From positions 3,392,001 through 3,456,000 of the forward strand of contig OZ242351.1 of NCBI GenBank assembly GCA_965208675.1: a stretch of 64,000 bases of DNA, read 5' to 3'. The notes below the pieces were generated by a model that did no database searches, was not told the DNA's origin, and was given only the letters and a program-made list of their open reading frames with translations. This document shows, piece after piece, positions 19,969-30,176 of this stretch. Position numbers and translations under genes: made by a program. Each line of letters opens with the position of its first letter. The first letter of the stretch is position 1. Origin of the DNA: Candidatus Poribacteria bacterium. Lineage in GTDB: Bacteria > Poribacteria > WGA-4E > PCPOR2b.

Positions 19969-22900
19969 ATGGTAAACCGAATTATCGAAATCTGCATGGG
20001 GAACCGTCTACTCGTCCTTGTTACATTTGTGTTTTTGACAGCCGCGGGCTGGTGGGCGCTGAATCGTACTCCAATCGACGCTATTCCCGACATCGGCGAA
20101 AATCAGGTTATCGTGTTTGCCGATTGGTCCGGGAGGAGTCCGAGAGACATTGAAGATCAGGTAATCTACCCGCTTAGTATTGCCATGCTTGGTATCCCCG
20201 ATGTCAAAGATGTCCGATCCACGTCAATGTTTAGTTTCGGTTACATCAACATCATTTTCAAGGAGAACGTGGACTTCTATTGGGCGAGAACTCGTGTGCT
20301 CGAACGAATGAATCTCGCGCAGAAGGACATGCCCGACGGGGTGGTGCCGGTGTTGGGCCCCGATGCGACCGGCATCAGTCAGGTATTCTGGTACACCGTC
20401 GAAAACGGCTATTACTGTCCTGACCATCCGACAGAACGGTACGAGCAACCCGGAAAGTGCCCTGAAGATGGAAAGCCGCTGGTTGCCTCAAGGCTTGACT
20501 TACATGAACTCCGCACTCTACAAGACTGGACGATTCGATACTATCTCGCTTCAGCCGACGGGGTATCGGAAGTCGCATCCGTCGGCGGTTACGTGAAACA
20601 GTATCAGGTCGATGTCGATCCCAACCTGCTTTTGGCGTATAAAGTGCCGCTCTCAATGGTTTTTAATGCGATTCGGGACAGCAACGTGGATGTCGGTGCG
20701 AAGGTGGTTGAGGAAGGCGGGATGGAGTTCCTTATTCGGGGTTTGGGGTTCATAAAAAGCATAGAGGACATAGAGGACATCGTGGTCAAGGCGCACGAGG
20801 GTGTACCGGTGTATGTCAAGAACCTAGGCACTGTGACGGAGGGGCCCGACTTCCGGCGCGGGGCGTTGGACAAAGCGGGCGTGCCAGCGACCGGCGGTGT
20901 GGTGTTGATGCGTTACGGCGACAATCCGTTGCGTGTAATCGAGAATGTGAAAGCGAAGATTGCTGAGATTGAACCGGGCCTTCCCGCCGGCGTTCGCATT
21001 GTTCCCTTCTACGACAGGAGCCATCTGATTCACCGTGCGGCGGAAACACTAAAAGACACGCTAATCGAGGAAATCGTTGTCGCGGCGGTCGTGATTATCT
21101 TCTTCTTAGGTCAGGTGACCAACAGCCTGATTATCGCACTGGTATTGCCGTTGGGAGTGCTGCTCTCGTTCTTAGGCATGAAACTCGTCGGCTTGCCGTC
21201 GAATATCATGTCCATGGGCGGGATGGCGATTGCCATCGGTGTTATGGTGGATGCAGGCATCGTCATGACGGAAAACATCACCCGCCTACTGCGGGAACCG
21301 CATGAGGGAGAGAGCAAACTGCAGGTCGCAACGCGTGCGGCAAAGGAGGTCGGACCGGCGATATTCTACGCGATGCTGATTATTATCGTCGCGTTTATCC
21401 CGGTGTTTTCGTTGACGGGACAAGCGGGCAAGCTGTTCAAACCGTTGGCGTTCACCAAAACTTTCGCGATGCTCGGCGCGGCGATTGTCGCGATTAGCCT
21501 CGTTCCGGTGTTGGCATCCATTCTACTTTCTGATCCAACGCGCCGCCCCAACATTTTCGGCCGCATTATTGCAATCGCCAGTTTCCCTTTGAGAAAATTC
21601 GCCGACGGTATAACCTGGATTTTAAAAGCCGTCTACGGTCCAATTATTCGATTTGCTGTCAAAAACATATTCACCAAGCTGCTTGTAGTTGCTTTGGCCG
21701 CGGCAATTTTGATCGCTAGTATTCCGCTCACGCCCTTCTACAAAAATATCGGGCAGGAGTTCATGCCTCCGCTCAACGAAGGGGATTTGCTGTTCATGCC
21801 GGTGCTGCTGCCCGGTGCGTCGATTACGCAAGCCAAAGATGTGATGTCAAAGCAAGACATGATTATGAACCGTTTCCCCGAGGTTTCGATGGTGGTGGGA
21901 AAACTCGGGAGAGCGACAACTGCAACCGATCCGGCTCCAATTGGGATGTTTGAAACCATCGTTAACATCGTTGACCCTTCTACGTGGCCGCGGCGTGCTG
22001 TCAAATCGGGTGCTGCGGCGAACCTGGTTTCCAGCGTTGCCGAACGACTTTTGAGCGCCGAAATCCTGAACAAGGAACATGCAGGACATATAACTACAGA
22101 TGTTACAGCGCGTATCGCCGATGATGCGGCGGCGCGGATTGATGAAATGGCGACGGAGTATCACAATCCCTTTATCACTGTTGAACAACGTGAACAGCTG
22201 TACCGAGTTTGGTTGTTGCGGGTGGTTATGGAAAAACTTCTGGCGGAGATGGGCGAATCAAGTCAACTGGGCAACAGCGAATCAGAAAGCCGACTTCACG
22301 CACTCGCCTCCGAGATTGAACCGACGCTTGAGCACAAAACCTACTTTCGCACAAAGACCCGCGCAGAACTGATTAACGATCTCACCGAATCGTGCCGTAT
22401 GCCCGGCGTTTCTCCAATTATGACCCAGCCGATTCGCAACCGCATCGACATGTTGGCGACAGGAATTCAAACACCGATTGGTATCAAGGTGTTCGGTACT
22501 GATTTGTCAAAAATTGAGGAAATTGCGGTTCGCATTGAGCAGGAATTGCTCAAACTCCCGGGCGCCGTGGGGCCGTATGCCGAGCGGATTGGAAATAAAC
22601 CGTACCTCGAATTTCATATCGATCGGAAAGAGGCGGCGCGCTACGGGATTAAGATTGGGGCGGTGCAACAGATTATCATGACCGCGATTGGCGGCATGAA
22701 CCTCACAACTACGGTCGAAGGGCGAGAACGTTTTCCGGTTCGCATTCGCTATAAACGGGAATTGCGCGACAACGTTGAAGCGTTGAAGCGGGTGCTAGTG
22801 CCAACGCCCAAGGGCATACAGATTCCGCTAGGGCAATTGGTCAGAATTGAGCGCCGCCCGGGTCCAGCGAAAATCTCATCCGAAAACACCTTGTTGTTTT

Positions 22901-23739
22901 CCCGGGTGTTTTGCGATGTGGACGCAGATGTCATCGGGCTAGTCAACTTCGTAGAGGCGGCGCAGAAGACACTCGACGAGAAAATTAAGCCGACGCTGCC
23001 GCAGGGCTATTTCTATTCATTCAGTGGCCAGTATGAAGCGGAGTTGGAAGCACGATCCCGGTTGCTGGTTGTTGTTCCAGTCTGCATCGCAGTGATTTTC
23101 ATGTTGCTTTATGTCAAGTTCCGTTCGCCATCCGCGATGCTAGCGATATTCCTCGCGCTTCCGTTCGCCTTTATCGGTGGAATGTGGATGCAGTGGTTGA
23201 TGCAATATGTGCCCCCCGCGCTCGGCGGCGGATATGCGATCAAATACAGCACCGCGGTGTGGGTCGGGTACATCGCCCTTTTTGGTGTGGCAGTTGAGGA
23301 CGGGATTGTATTGATGGAATACCTGCTTGAGCGGGTACGAAGAGGCGAACCGGTCAAGGAAGCCGCCGTCAACGCGGGTTTGTTGCGCGTGCGTCCCATC
23401 ATCATGACGACCGCTACGACAGTGCTGGCACTCTCTCCCATTATGCTGTATGAAATCAGCACCAACACCGGGGCGGAGTTAATGAAGCCAATTGCGGTGC
23501 CGACCTTCGGCGGAATGATCACTGCGACAGTTGCCAACTTGATTTTAGCGCCCGTGCTGTTTTCGCTGTTTTATTGGGTAGAAAACCTGGGTGCTCGGCA
23601 TCGGGGTTCGGAAGGCGGGGAAACTTTGGAATCAGAAGAGCCACCCGTACCATTGGCGGAAGATGAGACTACTGGGGAAGAAATTCCGGCTAGCGACGAC
23701 GAAACCACGGAGAACGGGGATTCGGAAGTACCGAAGTAA
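19969..23739 (+). CDS. cusA: CusA-type heavy-metal RND transporter
   Basis: DAIPDI.ENQVIV, AIGVMVDA, FMPPLNEGDLLFMP and RVRPIIMT motifs. Confidence 0.95.
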   Translation: MVNRIIEICMGNRLLVLVTFVFLTAAGWWALNRTPIDAIPDIGENQVIVFADWSGRSPRDIEDQVIYPLSIAMLGIPDVKDVRSTSMFSFGYINIIFKENVDFYWARTRVLERMNLAQKDMPDGVVPVLGPDATGISQVFWYTVENGYYCPDHPTERYEQPGKCPEDGKPLVASRLDLHELRTLQDWTIRYYLASADGVSEVASVGGYVKQYQVDVDPNLLLAYKVPLSMVFNAIRDSNVDVGAKVVEEGGMEFLIRGLGFIKSIEDIEDIVVKAHEGVPVYVKNLGTVTEGPDFRRGALDKAGVPATGGVVLMRYGDNPLRVIENVKAKIAEIEPGLPAGVRIVPFYDRSHLIHRAAETLKDTLIEEIVVAAVVIIFFLGQVTNSLIIALVLPLGVLLSFLGMKLVGLPSNIMSMGGMAIAIGVMVDAGIVMTENITRLLREPHEGESKLQVATRAAKEVGPAIFYAMLIIIVAFIPVFSLTGQAGKLFKPLAFTKTFAMLGAAIVAISLVPVLASILLSDPTRRPNIFGRIIAIASFPLRKFADGITWILKAVYGPIIRFAVKNIFTKLLVVALAAAILIASIPLTPFYKNIGQEFMPPLNEGDLLFMPVLLPGASITQAKDVMSKQDMIMNRFPEVSMVVGKLGRATTATDPAPIGMFETIVNIVDPSTWPRRAVKSGAAANLVSSVAERLLSAEILNKEHAGHITTDVTARIADDAAARIDEMATEYHNPFITVEQREQLYRVWLLRVVMEKLLAEMGESSQLGNSESESRLHALASEIEPTLEHKTYFRTKTRAELINDLTESCRMPGVSPIMTQPIRNRIDMLATGIQTPIGIKVFGTDLSKIEEIAVRIEQELLKLPGAVGPYAERIGNKPYLEFHIDRKEAARYGIKIGAVQQIIMTAIGGMNLTTTVEGRERFPVRIRYKRELRDNVEALKRVLVPTPKGIQIPLGQLVRIERRPGPAKISSENTLLFSRVFCDVDADVIGLVNFVEAAQKTLDEKIKPTLPQGYFYSFSGQYEAELEARSRLLVVVPVCIAVIFMLLYVKFRSPSAMLAIFLALPFAFIGGMWMQWLMQYVPPALGGGYAIKYSTAVWVGYIALFGVAVEDGIVLMEYLLERVRRGEPVKEAAVNAGLLRVRPIIMTTATTVLALSPIMLYEISTNTGAELMKPIAVPTFGGMITATVANLILAPVLFSLFYWVENLGARHRGSEGGETLESEEPPVPLAEDETTGEEIPASDDETTENGDSEVPK

Positions 23740-23793
23740 AAACACGGGTATCTCAACCTTCCATTGACCTTTTCACGTTTATTGGAGGATGTT

Positions 23794-24411
23794 ATGAATT
23801 TAAAAAAGCTGTGTGGTCTTTGGTTTCTTACAGCGTTAATATTGATACCGACGGGGGCAATCGGTCTTGAACTGGATCGATATCAGCATGTCACTGATGG
23901 AGTGATACTAGGCATCGGGCGCGGAATCACGCTCTTTAACAAAGAACTGGAATCCAACCGAACGGAGGAAATTTCGCTGGGGACACAGTTAGTACCCGAT
24001 GTCCTGCACCTCACAGTGCCCTTTAGCAATTATAAAGTAGATACCCGCGGCGGAACTGGCGACGCCCTACCTATTGGTACAATCAACGTCAACACGGTTG
24101 GGCTTGCGTTAACTCTGGCGATACCGGGGAGATGGTCGCCGTTTGTTGGAATTGGCGGCAGTTTCTACTCGTTCGATGAGAAGTTCGAAACGCCCGCGAA
24201 CATTCAGAACACATTCGGAGCGGAGGGGCATGCCGGCTTGCGAATCCGACTAATCGAGAAGATATTTGACGCGGCACAACTCCACGGAGTGATTGGCTAT
24301 CAATTTAGCCGCCTTAAACCCGCCATTAGCGTGCCAAACAAGCCGGAGGTAGATGATGTATCTCTGAATCGCCATCATGTGGTATTTCGGTTGGAACTGA
24401 CCGGTTTGTAG
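23794..24411 (+). CDS. Small outer-membrane beta-barrel protein (OmpW/OmpA-TM-like)
   Basis: GGAGG SD, signal peptide, amphipathic strands, SPFVGIGG motif. Confidence 0.6.
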   Translation: MNLKKLCGLWFLTALILIPTGAIGLELDRYQHVTDGVILGIGRGITLFNKELESNRTEEISLGTQLVPDVLHLTVPFSNYKVDTRGGTGDALPIGTINVNTVGLALTLAIPGRWSPFVGIGGSFYSFDEKFETPANIQNTFGAEGHAGLRIRLIEKIFDAAQLHGVIGYQFSRLKPAISVPNKPEVDDVSLNRHHVVFRLELTGL

Positions 24412-24592
24412 CTCACCGACGCAGACCGCGCCTTTTAAAATCGCCATTTGAATTTATTTTACCTCCTCAAACTTTTCCTTGACTCAACTGTGTGAAATGC
24501 CTAATATAGGACAGGTGTTTATTCACACGCTGTACGATTGAAGTTTCAAAGATTAGACAGATTTAAGTCAAGCGAGATTGAGGGGGTTTATT

Positions 24593-26830
24593 ATGCCTCA
24601 TTTTTGGATTTTAATTCGCGTCCCACATGTTTTTCCTCAAGGAAGTGCAATACGCTTTCTCCTGGTGTGGCTGCTGTTATGTCCGTTCATTGCGAGCGCA
24701 CAACCGGACACGATGCAACCTCATACTTCAGCCTACCGAATATCCCAAGACATCAAGATTGACGGAAATCTTGATGAGCCAGAATGGCAAAAAGCCCAGC
24801 CAATCAAGCGGTTCCTCCAAATACAACCGAACCAAGGGGAACCGATGACGCAGCCTTCGGAAGTGCGCATTCTTTATGATGAGAAACACCTATACTTTGG
24901 TTTTACCTTTTACGACTCGGAGATTGAAAAACTGGTCGCCAATGAGATGCGCCGGGATTCTGACGGTTTGCGATCCAACGACTACGGTTATCTGCTCTTG
25001 GACACATACAATGATCGGCGAAACGCAGTTTTCTTCCGTTTCAATCCGTTGGGCGGGATGGAAGACACGGCGGTGTCAAACAGCGGCGATAGTCTAAATG
25101 GGAGCTGGGATATGGTTTGGGAGTGCCGCAGCAAAATCAGTGCGGACCGGTGGACAACGGAGATTGCTATTCCGTTCAGCCAGCTTCGCTTTAAACGAAG
25201 CGACAATATGACATGGGGAATGAACTTCGGGAGGGAAATCGCGCGCAACCAAGAGATTGGGGGGTGGAATCCGGCACCGAAGACGTATGGCCCGCTAGGT
25301 AAATACCGCACCGCCTACTTCGGCAGTCTCGTTGGTTTGGAGGGTATTTCCCCGTCGCGGCATCTGGAAGTGCTGCCTTATGTGTTGTCGGGTGCAAGCC
25401 GGGTCGCCGCAGAAGGTGAAACCGATGAGGTGTTTGAAGGCGGTTTGGACCTGAAGTACGGGATAACCCCAAATATAACTGCCGATTTAACCTTTAACAC
25501 TGACTTTGCCCAAGTCGAAGCTGACCAAGAACAGGTAAACCTTACCCGTTTCGACCTCTTTTTCCCTGAGCAGCGTCCGTTTTTCTTGGAAGGTGCAAGC
25601 ATCTTCGATGTGGGCGTTCCGCGTACCGGTTTTCACCGTCCGCCGCCCTTGCTGCTGTTTTACAGCCGCCGCATCGGCCTTGCTGAAGAACGCGCCATCC
25701 CGATACTCACCGGGGGGAAAATGACCGGGAAAGTCGGCGCTTACAATATCGGGTTTTTGAATGTGTTGACGGACAAGTTTACGGATGATGATTCTCGGGC
25801 GGATGTGGACCGCGTCGATGAACCGCGCACAAACTATTCGGTAATGCGTGTAACGCGGGACATCTTTAGCGGATCTTCCATTGGAGCGATTGCCATCAAT
25901 AAGCAGGACGCTGACGTGTACAACCGCACGGCGGGGCTTGACTTTTCGTACCGCCCGAAGCGGGATATGGATTTCCGCGGGCTATTGGCGCGCACATTTG
26001 AAGAAGGTGTCTCGGAACAAAACAGCGCCGCCTACTTTGGCAGCGATTGGCGAACGAACCGGTTTAAACTCGACGGTTCGTATATCGACATCGGCGAGGA
26101 TTTTAATCCGGAAGTTGGATTTGTTCATCGCAGCGGCATCCGCGGCTTTCGCGGCAACGCCCGGTATACGCCGTGGCCGCGGGCATACGGCATTCGACGC
26201 ATTGAGATTGGACCGCAGTTTGACTTGGTTCTCAATCGAGAGAATACGTTGGAGACACGTGAGACAAAGTTCGACACTGAATTGCAGTTTGAATCGGGCG
26301 ATTGGGCCGGTTTCCAAGTCCAGAACACGACAGAACATCTGCGTGAAGAATTCTCGATTCAGGAGGCAATCATCGCAGTTGGCGATTACGATTTTACGTC
26401 GTTTTTTGCATGGGTCGAGGCCAGTAATAGCCGGAATATCTTCGGGACGTTCATCGTTCAACTAGGTGAATACTATAGCGGTGACATACGCGGTGTACGA
26501 ATTGACGGGACAATCAAGCCCAATGCCCGCCTGAGTATGGAGTCGCTGATTGAGTTTAACCGAATTACGTTCCCTGATAAGGCGTTCAATGCCAACGTTT
26601 TTGGGGGGCGTGTGAGCTATTCCTTTTCGACGACGCTCTTTACGAAATTGTTTGCCCAATGGAGCAGCGAGAAGGATGCAATCTCTACCAATTTTCTAAT
26701 CAACTACATCTACCGTCCCGGCAGCGATTTCTACCTAGTTTTCAACCAAAATTACGATACGCGCGGCGGTGGGACAGATCTCCTCGACTGGACACTCGTA
26801 GGGAAGATGACGTATTGGTGGAATCCGTAA
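24593..26830 (+). CDS. CBM9-like / DUF5916 family exported protein
   Basis: IDGNLDEPEW, EIAIPFSQLRF, NTDFAQVEAD, LFFPEQRPFFLEG and FYSRRIG motifs. Confidence 0.85.
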   Translation: MPHFWILIRVPHVFPQGSAIRFLLVWLLLCPFIASAQPDTMQPHTSAYRISQDIKIDGNLDEPEWQKAQPIKRFLQIQPNQGEPMTQPSEVRILYDEKHLYFGFTFYDSEIEKLVANEMRRDSDGLRSNDYGYLLLDTYNDRRNAVFFRFNPLGGMEDTAVSNSGDSLNGSWDMVWECRSKISADRWTTEIAIPFSQLRFKRSDNMTWGMNFGREIARNQEIGGWNPAPKTYGPLGKYRTAYFGSLVGLEGISPSRHLEVLPYVLSGASRVAAEGETDEVFEGGLDLKYGITPNITADLTFNTDFAQVEADQEQVNLTRFDLFFPEQRPFFLEGASIFDVGVPRTGFHRPPPLLLFYSRRIGLAEERAIPILTGGKMTGKVGAYNIGFLNVLTDKFTDDDSRADVDRVDEPRTNYSVMRVTRDIFSGSSIGAIAINKQDADVYNRTAGLDFSYRPKRDMDFRGLLARTFEEGVSEQNSAAYFGSDWRTNRFKLDGSYIDIGEDFNPEVGFVHRSGIRGFRGNARYTPWPRAYGIRRIEIGPQFDLVLNRENTLETRETKFDTELQFESGDWAGFQVQNTTEHLREEFSIQEAIIAVGDYDFTSFFAWVEASNSRNIFGTFIVQLGEYYSGDIRGVRIDGTIKPNARLSMESLIEFNRITFPDKAFNANVFGGRVSYSFSTTLFTKLFAQWSSEKDAISTNFLINYIYRPGSDFYLVFNQNYDTRGGGTDLLDWTLVGKMTYWWNP

Positions 26831-27098
26831 ATATGCGTTTTCTGCGCGACAGATTTCCTCCGTATAGCCGCTTCGAGTCGTCCGACACCCCAAACAACTC
26901 TCGTCCGATTTGATAAGGTTTAGGTATTTTATACAATCCACAGCGCTATGTTGCTGTGAGCCGCTCCCAGATACGCCGTCCTCGATTCAATATACATGGT
27001 TGGGCTTTCCGCCGGGGATTGTCGCGTCTAGATTTTTCCAATCCAGTCCGAACTTCAAATATGAACTCCATAATTACTGAAGACACTAGAAGAGGCAG

Positions 27099-28001
27099 AT
27101 GGAAATTGTCCAATATACGCCTAAACTGCAAAGTGCTTTGACGGAATTTTATAACCGCCAGACCACCAACATTCCTCATTGCTACCCGGTAAGTGAAGAG
27201 GAGTTTGCCCTTGTGATGCGCGGTGTTACCGGTAAAGCCGACATAAAGGCGGGTGGGCTTGGTTCCGAAATAGTCTTCGTTGCAATAGTAAACGGAGTTG
27301 TAGCAGCATTTATTCACGTCGGCGTCGGACAGATTGGAGATAACAGAGAAATTCCCGTAGGTGTCGTTCGGTTTTTGGGTTACGAGCGCGGTGCACGGCG
27401 TGCCGGGCAAGCCGTGCTTGAAAAAGCAGAAGCATATTTGAAAGCGTATGATGCCGCCCAAATTTTTGCGTTTTCACAAGACTGCCGGTATCGTTTTTAT
27501 CATTTTGAAAATGCTTGCTTATCAGGTGGACTTGACCATGTTCAAGCACTCCTTGGGTTCAACGGTTATTGCCGTTGTTCAGGGGAAATCTTTTTAGCTT
27601 GGGAGAACTATTCTGTTACGTCAACGCCTTCAAGTCTGCCAGTCACACTTTCTCTCGATTGGAAACAGGGGAGCGGGCGACGTCCCAATTGCATTGCATA
27701 TGCCCACCTAGATGGTCAAGAAATCGGGAAATGCGAGTCTGTCTCAGGCGGTGAGTTTTCAAACCACCCCGATGCACAGGACTGGCTTCATACGGTCGGT
27801 CTTGATATAAAGGATGCGTTTCAAGGACAAGGTTTCGGGCGTTATCTGCTCCAGTACACACTGAAAGAGATGCATAAAATCGGATACCGCCACGCGGCGA
27901 TTAGCACTCAGTACGACAACTACCGTGCATTCCTCTTTTACAGCAACTTTGGCTATCGCGTTGTGGATTGGACCTACGAACTGCAGAAGGCAATTCGTTA
28001 G
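27099..28001 (+). CDS. GNAT family N-acetyltransferase
   Basis: FQGQGFG acetyl-CoA motif; N.RA..FY..FGY. Confidence 0.85.
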   Translation: MEIVQYTPKLQSALTEFYNRQTTNIPHCYPVSEEEFALVMRGVTGKADIKAGGLGSEIVFVAIVNGVVAAFIHVGVGQIGDNREIPVGVVRFLGYERGARRAGQAVLEKAEAYLKAYDAAQIFAFSQDCRYRFYHFENACLSGGLDHVQALLGFNGYCRCSGEIFLAWENYSVTSTPSSLPVTLSLDWKQGSGRRPNCIAYAHLDGQEIGKCESVSGGEFSNHPDAQDWLHTVGLDIKDAFQGQGFGRYLLQYTLKEMHKIGYRHAAISTQYDNYRAFLFYSNFGYRVVDWTYELQKAIR

Positions 28002-28317
28002 AAGATTTGATTTTACATCTTGATAGTCGTTTTGACAACGCTGGATTTTGGTGGTACAATTCCTCGACTAACGCCTCCCACCGGCGCTCAGGAGAGCCTC
28101 GATTCACAGCAGGATCGATGCGGTTGACATGAAAATGCTGTGTCAATTAAGGGATTTTAGCATTTGGATTTGACAATCCAGACCAATTTTTCGTCCTACA
28201 CGTATACACTCTCAATTATATAACGCTTGACTAAATAGTCAAATAAGATTGTGAAGAATTCGGGTTTTTCCACACAGAATCTAAAACATACAGTTTTGCT
28301 TGAGGGACGTGCCTAAT

Positions 28318-30057
28318 ATGAAAGACGTATTCCGGCTTTTGTCGTATCTTAAACCCTATTGGCACTTTCAGATGTTTTACATTTTTTCATCGCTAGGCAT
28401 TTCAGGCGCCATTCTCGCTTTCCCTTGGATTGAGAAGATTTTGATAGACGACGTCTTTATCGCCCGAAACGTTGAGTTGCTTTTGCCGACGTGTGGACTC
28501 TGGATTTTAGCAGTGGCCAGTATGTACTTTTTTTCACTCGGAGTCGCTTACTTTCCAACGAAGGTTGCGGAAAATGGTTCTAAAGACATTCAACTTGATG
28601 CCTACCGTCACCTCCGCAGGTTAGGATTTCGATTTTACGACACCCATCAAACCGGGCAAGTGATGGCAACATTCACGTCGGACACGCCGAAAGCTGTCGA
28701 AGGGTTTAGAGTGTTCGCTGGCGACTATTTCATGAACGGCGTCAGGCTGGTGGTTACCGCCGGCCTCATTGCAGCCATTAGCTGGCAGTTGTGCATCCTT
28801 ACTTTGGCGCTAGCCGCTGTAAATATTCTAATTCCAATCTTCTTGAATAACCCGCTCCAACGAATTGGAGAGAAGGTTCAGGAACAGAAGGCTTTAATTT
28901 CGGGAAGCTTACAGGAGAGCATTGCCGGTTCGCGGGAACTCAAAGGATTGGGAAAGGAGTTCTATGATTTAAAACAACTGCGTAAGTCACTTTTGCGGCT
29001 CGTAACTCTCAATATCAAACAGGTAACAATCCAGAATGTGGGGAATGTCACCCAGGTCTTATTTTTTATAGGAATCGCATTGATATTTCTGGTCGGAGGG
29101 AGGTATGTTCTGCGCGACGCAATTTCGATGGGTGAACTCTTTGCAATCACTCGGTGGTTTGACCTTATAAGCGAGCCTGCGATGCAACTCGTAAGCCTTC
29201 AATTTAGAATTCCATCAATATTGGTTGCCGCCCGCCGCGTGTTTGGTTTTTTGGATGAACACGAGGAAGAGTCCCAAGCCGGGAGACCCATCGAACAGGT
29301 CGATGGAGGCGTTCGATTTTCCAAGGTTTCGTTTGGATACGGCGACAACCAAACCGTATTGAAAGAGGTGAGTTTCCAAGCGGAGCCGGGTGAGACGGTT
29401 GCAGTCGTTGGACCGAGCGGTGCAGGGAAAAGCACATTGATTAACCTGATTCCACGGTTCTATGAACATCAGGGCGGTGAGATTTTGATAGACTCCACAC
29501 CCATTAAGGATATACAGATCCAATCGTTGCGTTCACACGTGGGCATCGTCTTTCAAGACCCGTACCTGTTTGCGGACACAGTGGACTACAACATCCGATT
29601 GGGTGCGGAAGACCCGGAAGCGGTATCACATGAATCGGTTGTTACCGCCGCAAAGTTAGCCAACGCACACAATTTCATCGTGAAATTTCCCGACGAATAT
29701 AAAAGTAAGGTTGGAGAGAAAGGTATTCAATTATCCGGCGGAGAACAGCAGCGGATAGCTATCGCGCGTGTGTTGATAAGGAATCCCAAGATTCTGATTT
29801 TGGATGAGGCAACGTCGTCACTAGATGCGGAATCGGAAGATTTAGTTCAGCAAGCCCTCACACAGCTTATGAAAGGACGCACTAGCTTTGTAATTGCGCA
29901 CCGTCTCTCAACGGTCTTGAACGCAGATAAGATTCTCGTTCTCAGCGATGGAAAAATCGTGGAATCCGGTAAACATGCAGAGCTCATGCAACATGACGGC
30001 GTATACCAAGCCCTGTTCCAGAAACAGTTTGCCGGGATGAAGTCAGCCGAAGCTTAG
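28318..30057 (+). CDS. ABC exporter, fused permease/ATPase (MsbA-like)
   Basis: TMD followed by GPSGAGKS, LSGGE, ILILDEAT and IAHR. Confidence 0.95.
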   Translation: MKDVFRLLSYLKPYWHFQMFYIFSSLGISGAILAFPWIEKILIDDVFIARNVELLLPTCGLWILAVASMYFFSLGVAYFPTKVAENGSKDIQLDAYRHLRRLGFRFYDTHQTGQVMATFTSDTPKAVEGFRVFAGDYFMNGVRLVVTAGLIAAISWQLCILTLALAAVNILIPIFLNNPLQRIGEKVQEQKALISGSLQESIAGSRELKGLGKEFYDLKQLRKSLLRLVTLNIKQVTIQNVGNVTQVLFFIGIALIFLVGGRYVLRDAISMGELFAITRWFDLISEPAMQLVSLQFRIPSILVAARRVFGFLDEHEEESQAGRPIEQVDGGVRFSKVSFGYGDNQTVLKEVSFQAEPGETVAVVGPSGAGKSTLINLIPRFYEHQGGEILIDSTPIKDIQIQSLRSHVGIVFQDPYLFADTVDYNIRLGAEDPEAVSHESVVTAAKLANAHNFIVKFPDEYKSKVGEKGIQLSGGEQQRIAIARVLIRNPKILILDEATSSLDAESEDLVQQALTQLMKGRTSFVIAHRLSTVLNADKILVLSDGKIVESGKHAELMQHDGVYQALFQKQFAGMKSAEA

Positions 30058-30176
30058 CCCCTGTCGAAGCGAACTTGAAATCCAGGCATCGAAAATTCCG
30101 TTAATCATATATCTATTGACAAAAAGGTCAGATGTAATTTGAGGAGTTTGGGTTTTGCCTTGCAAAGCCCAAAAGA

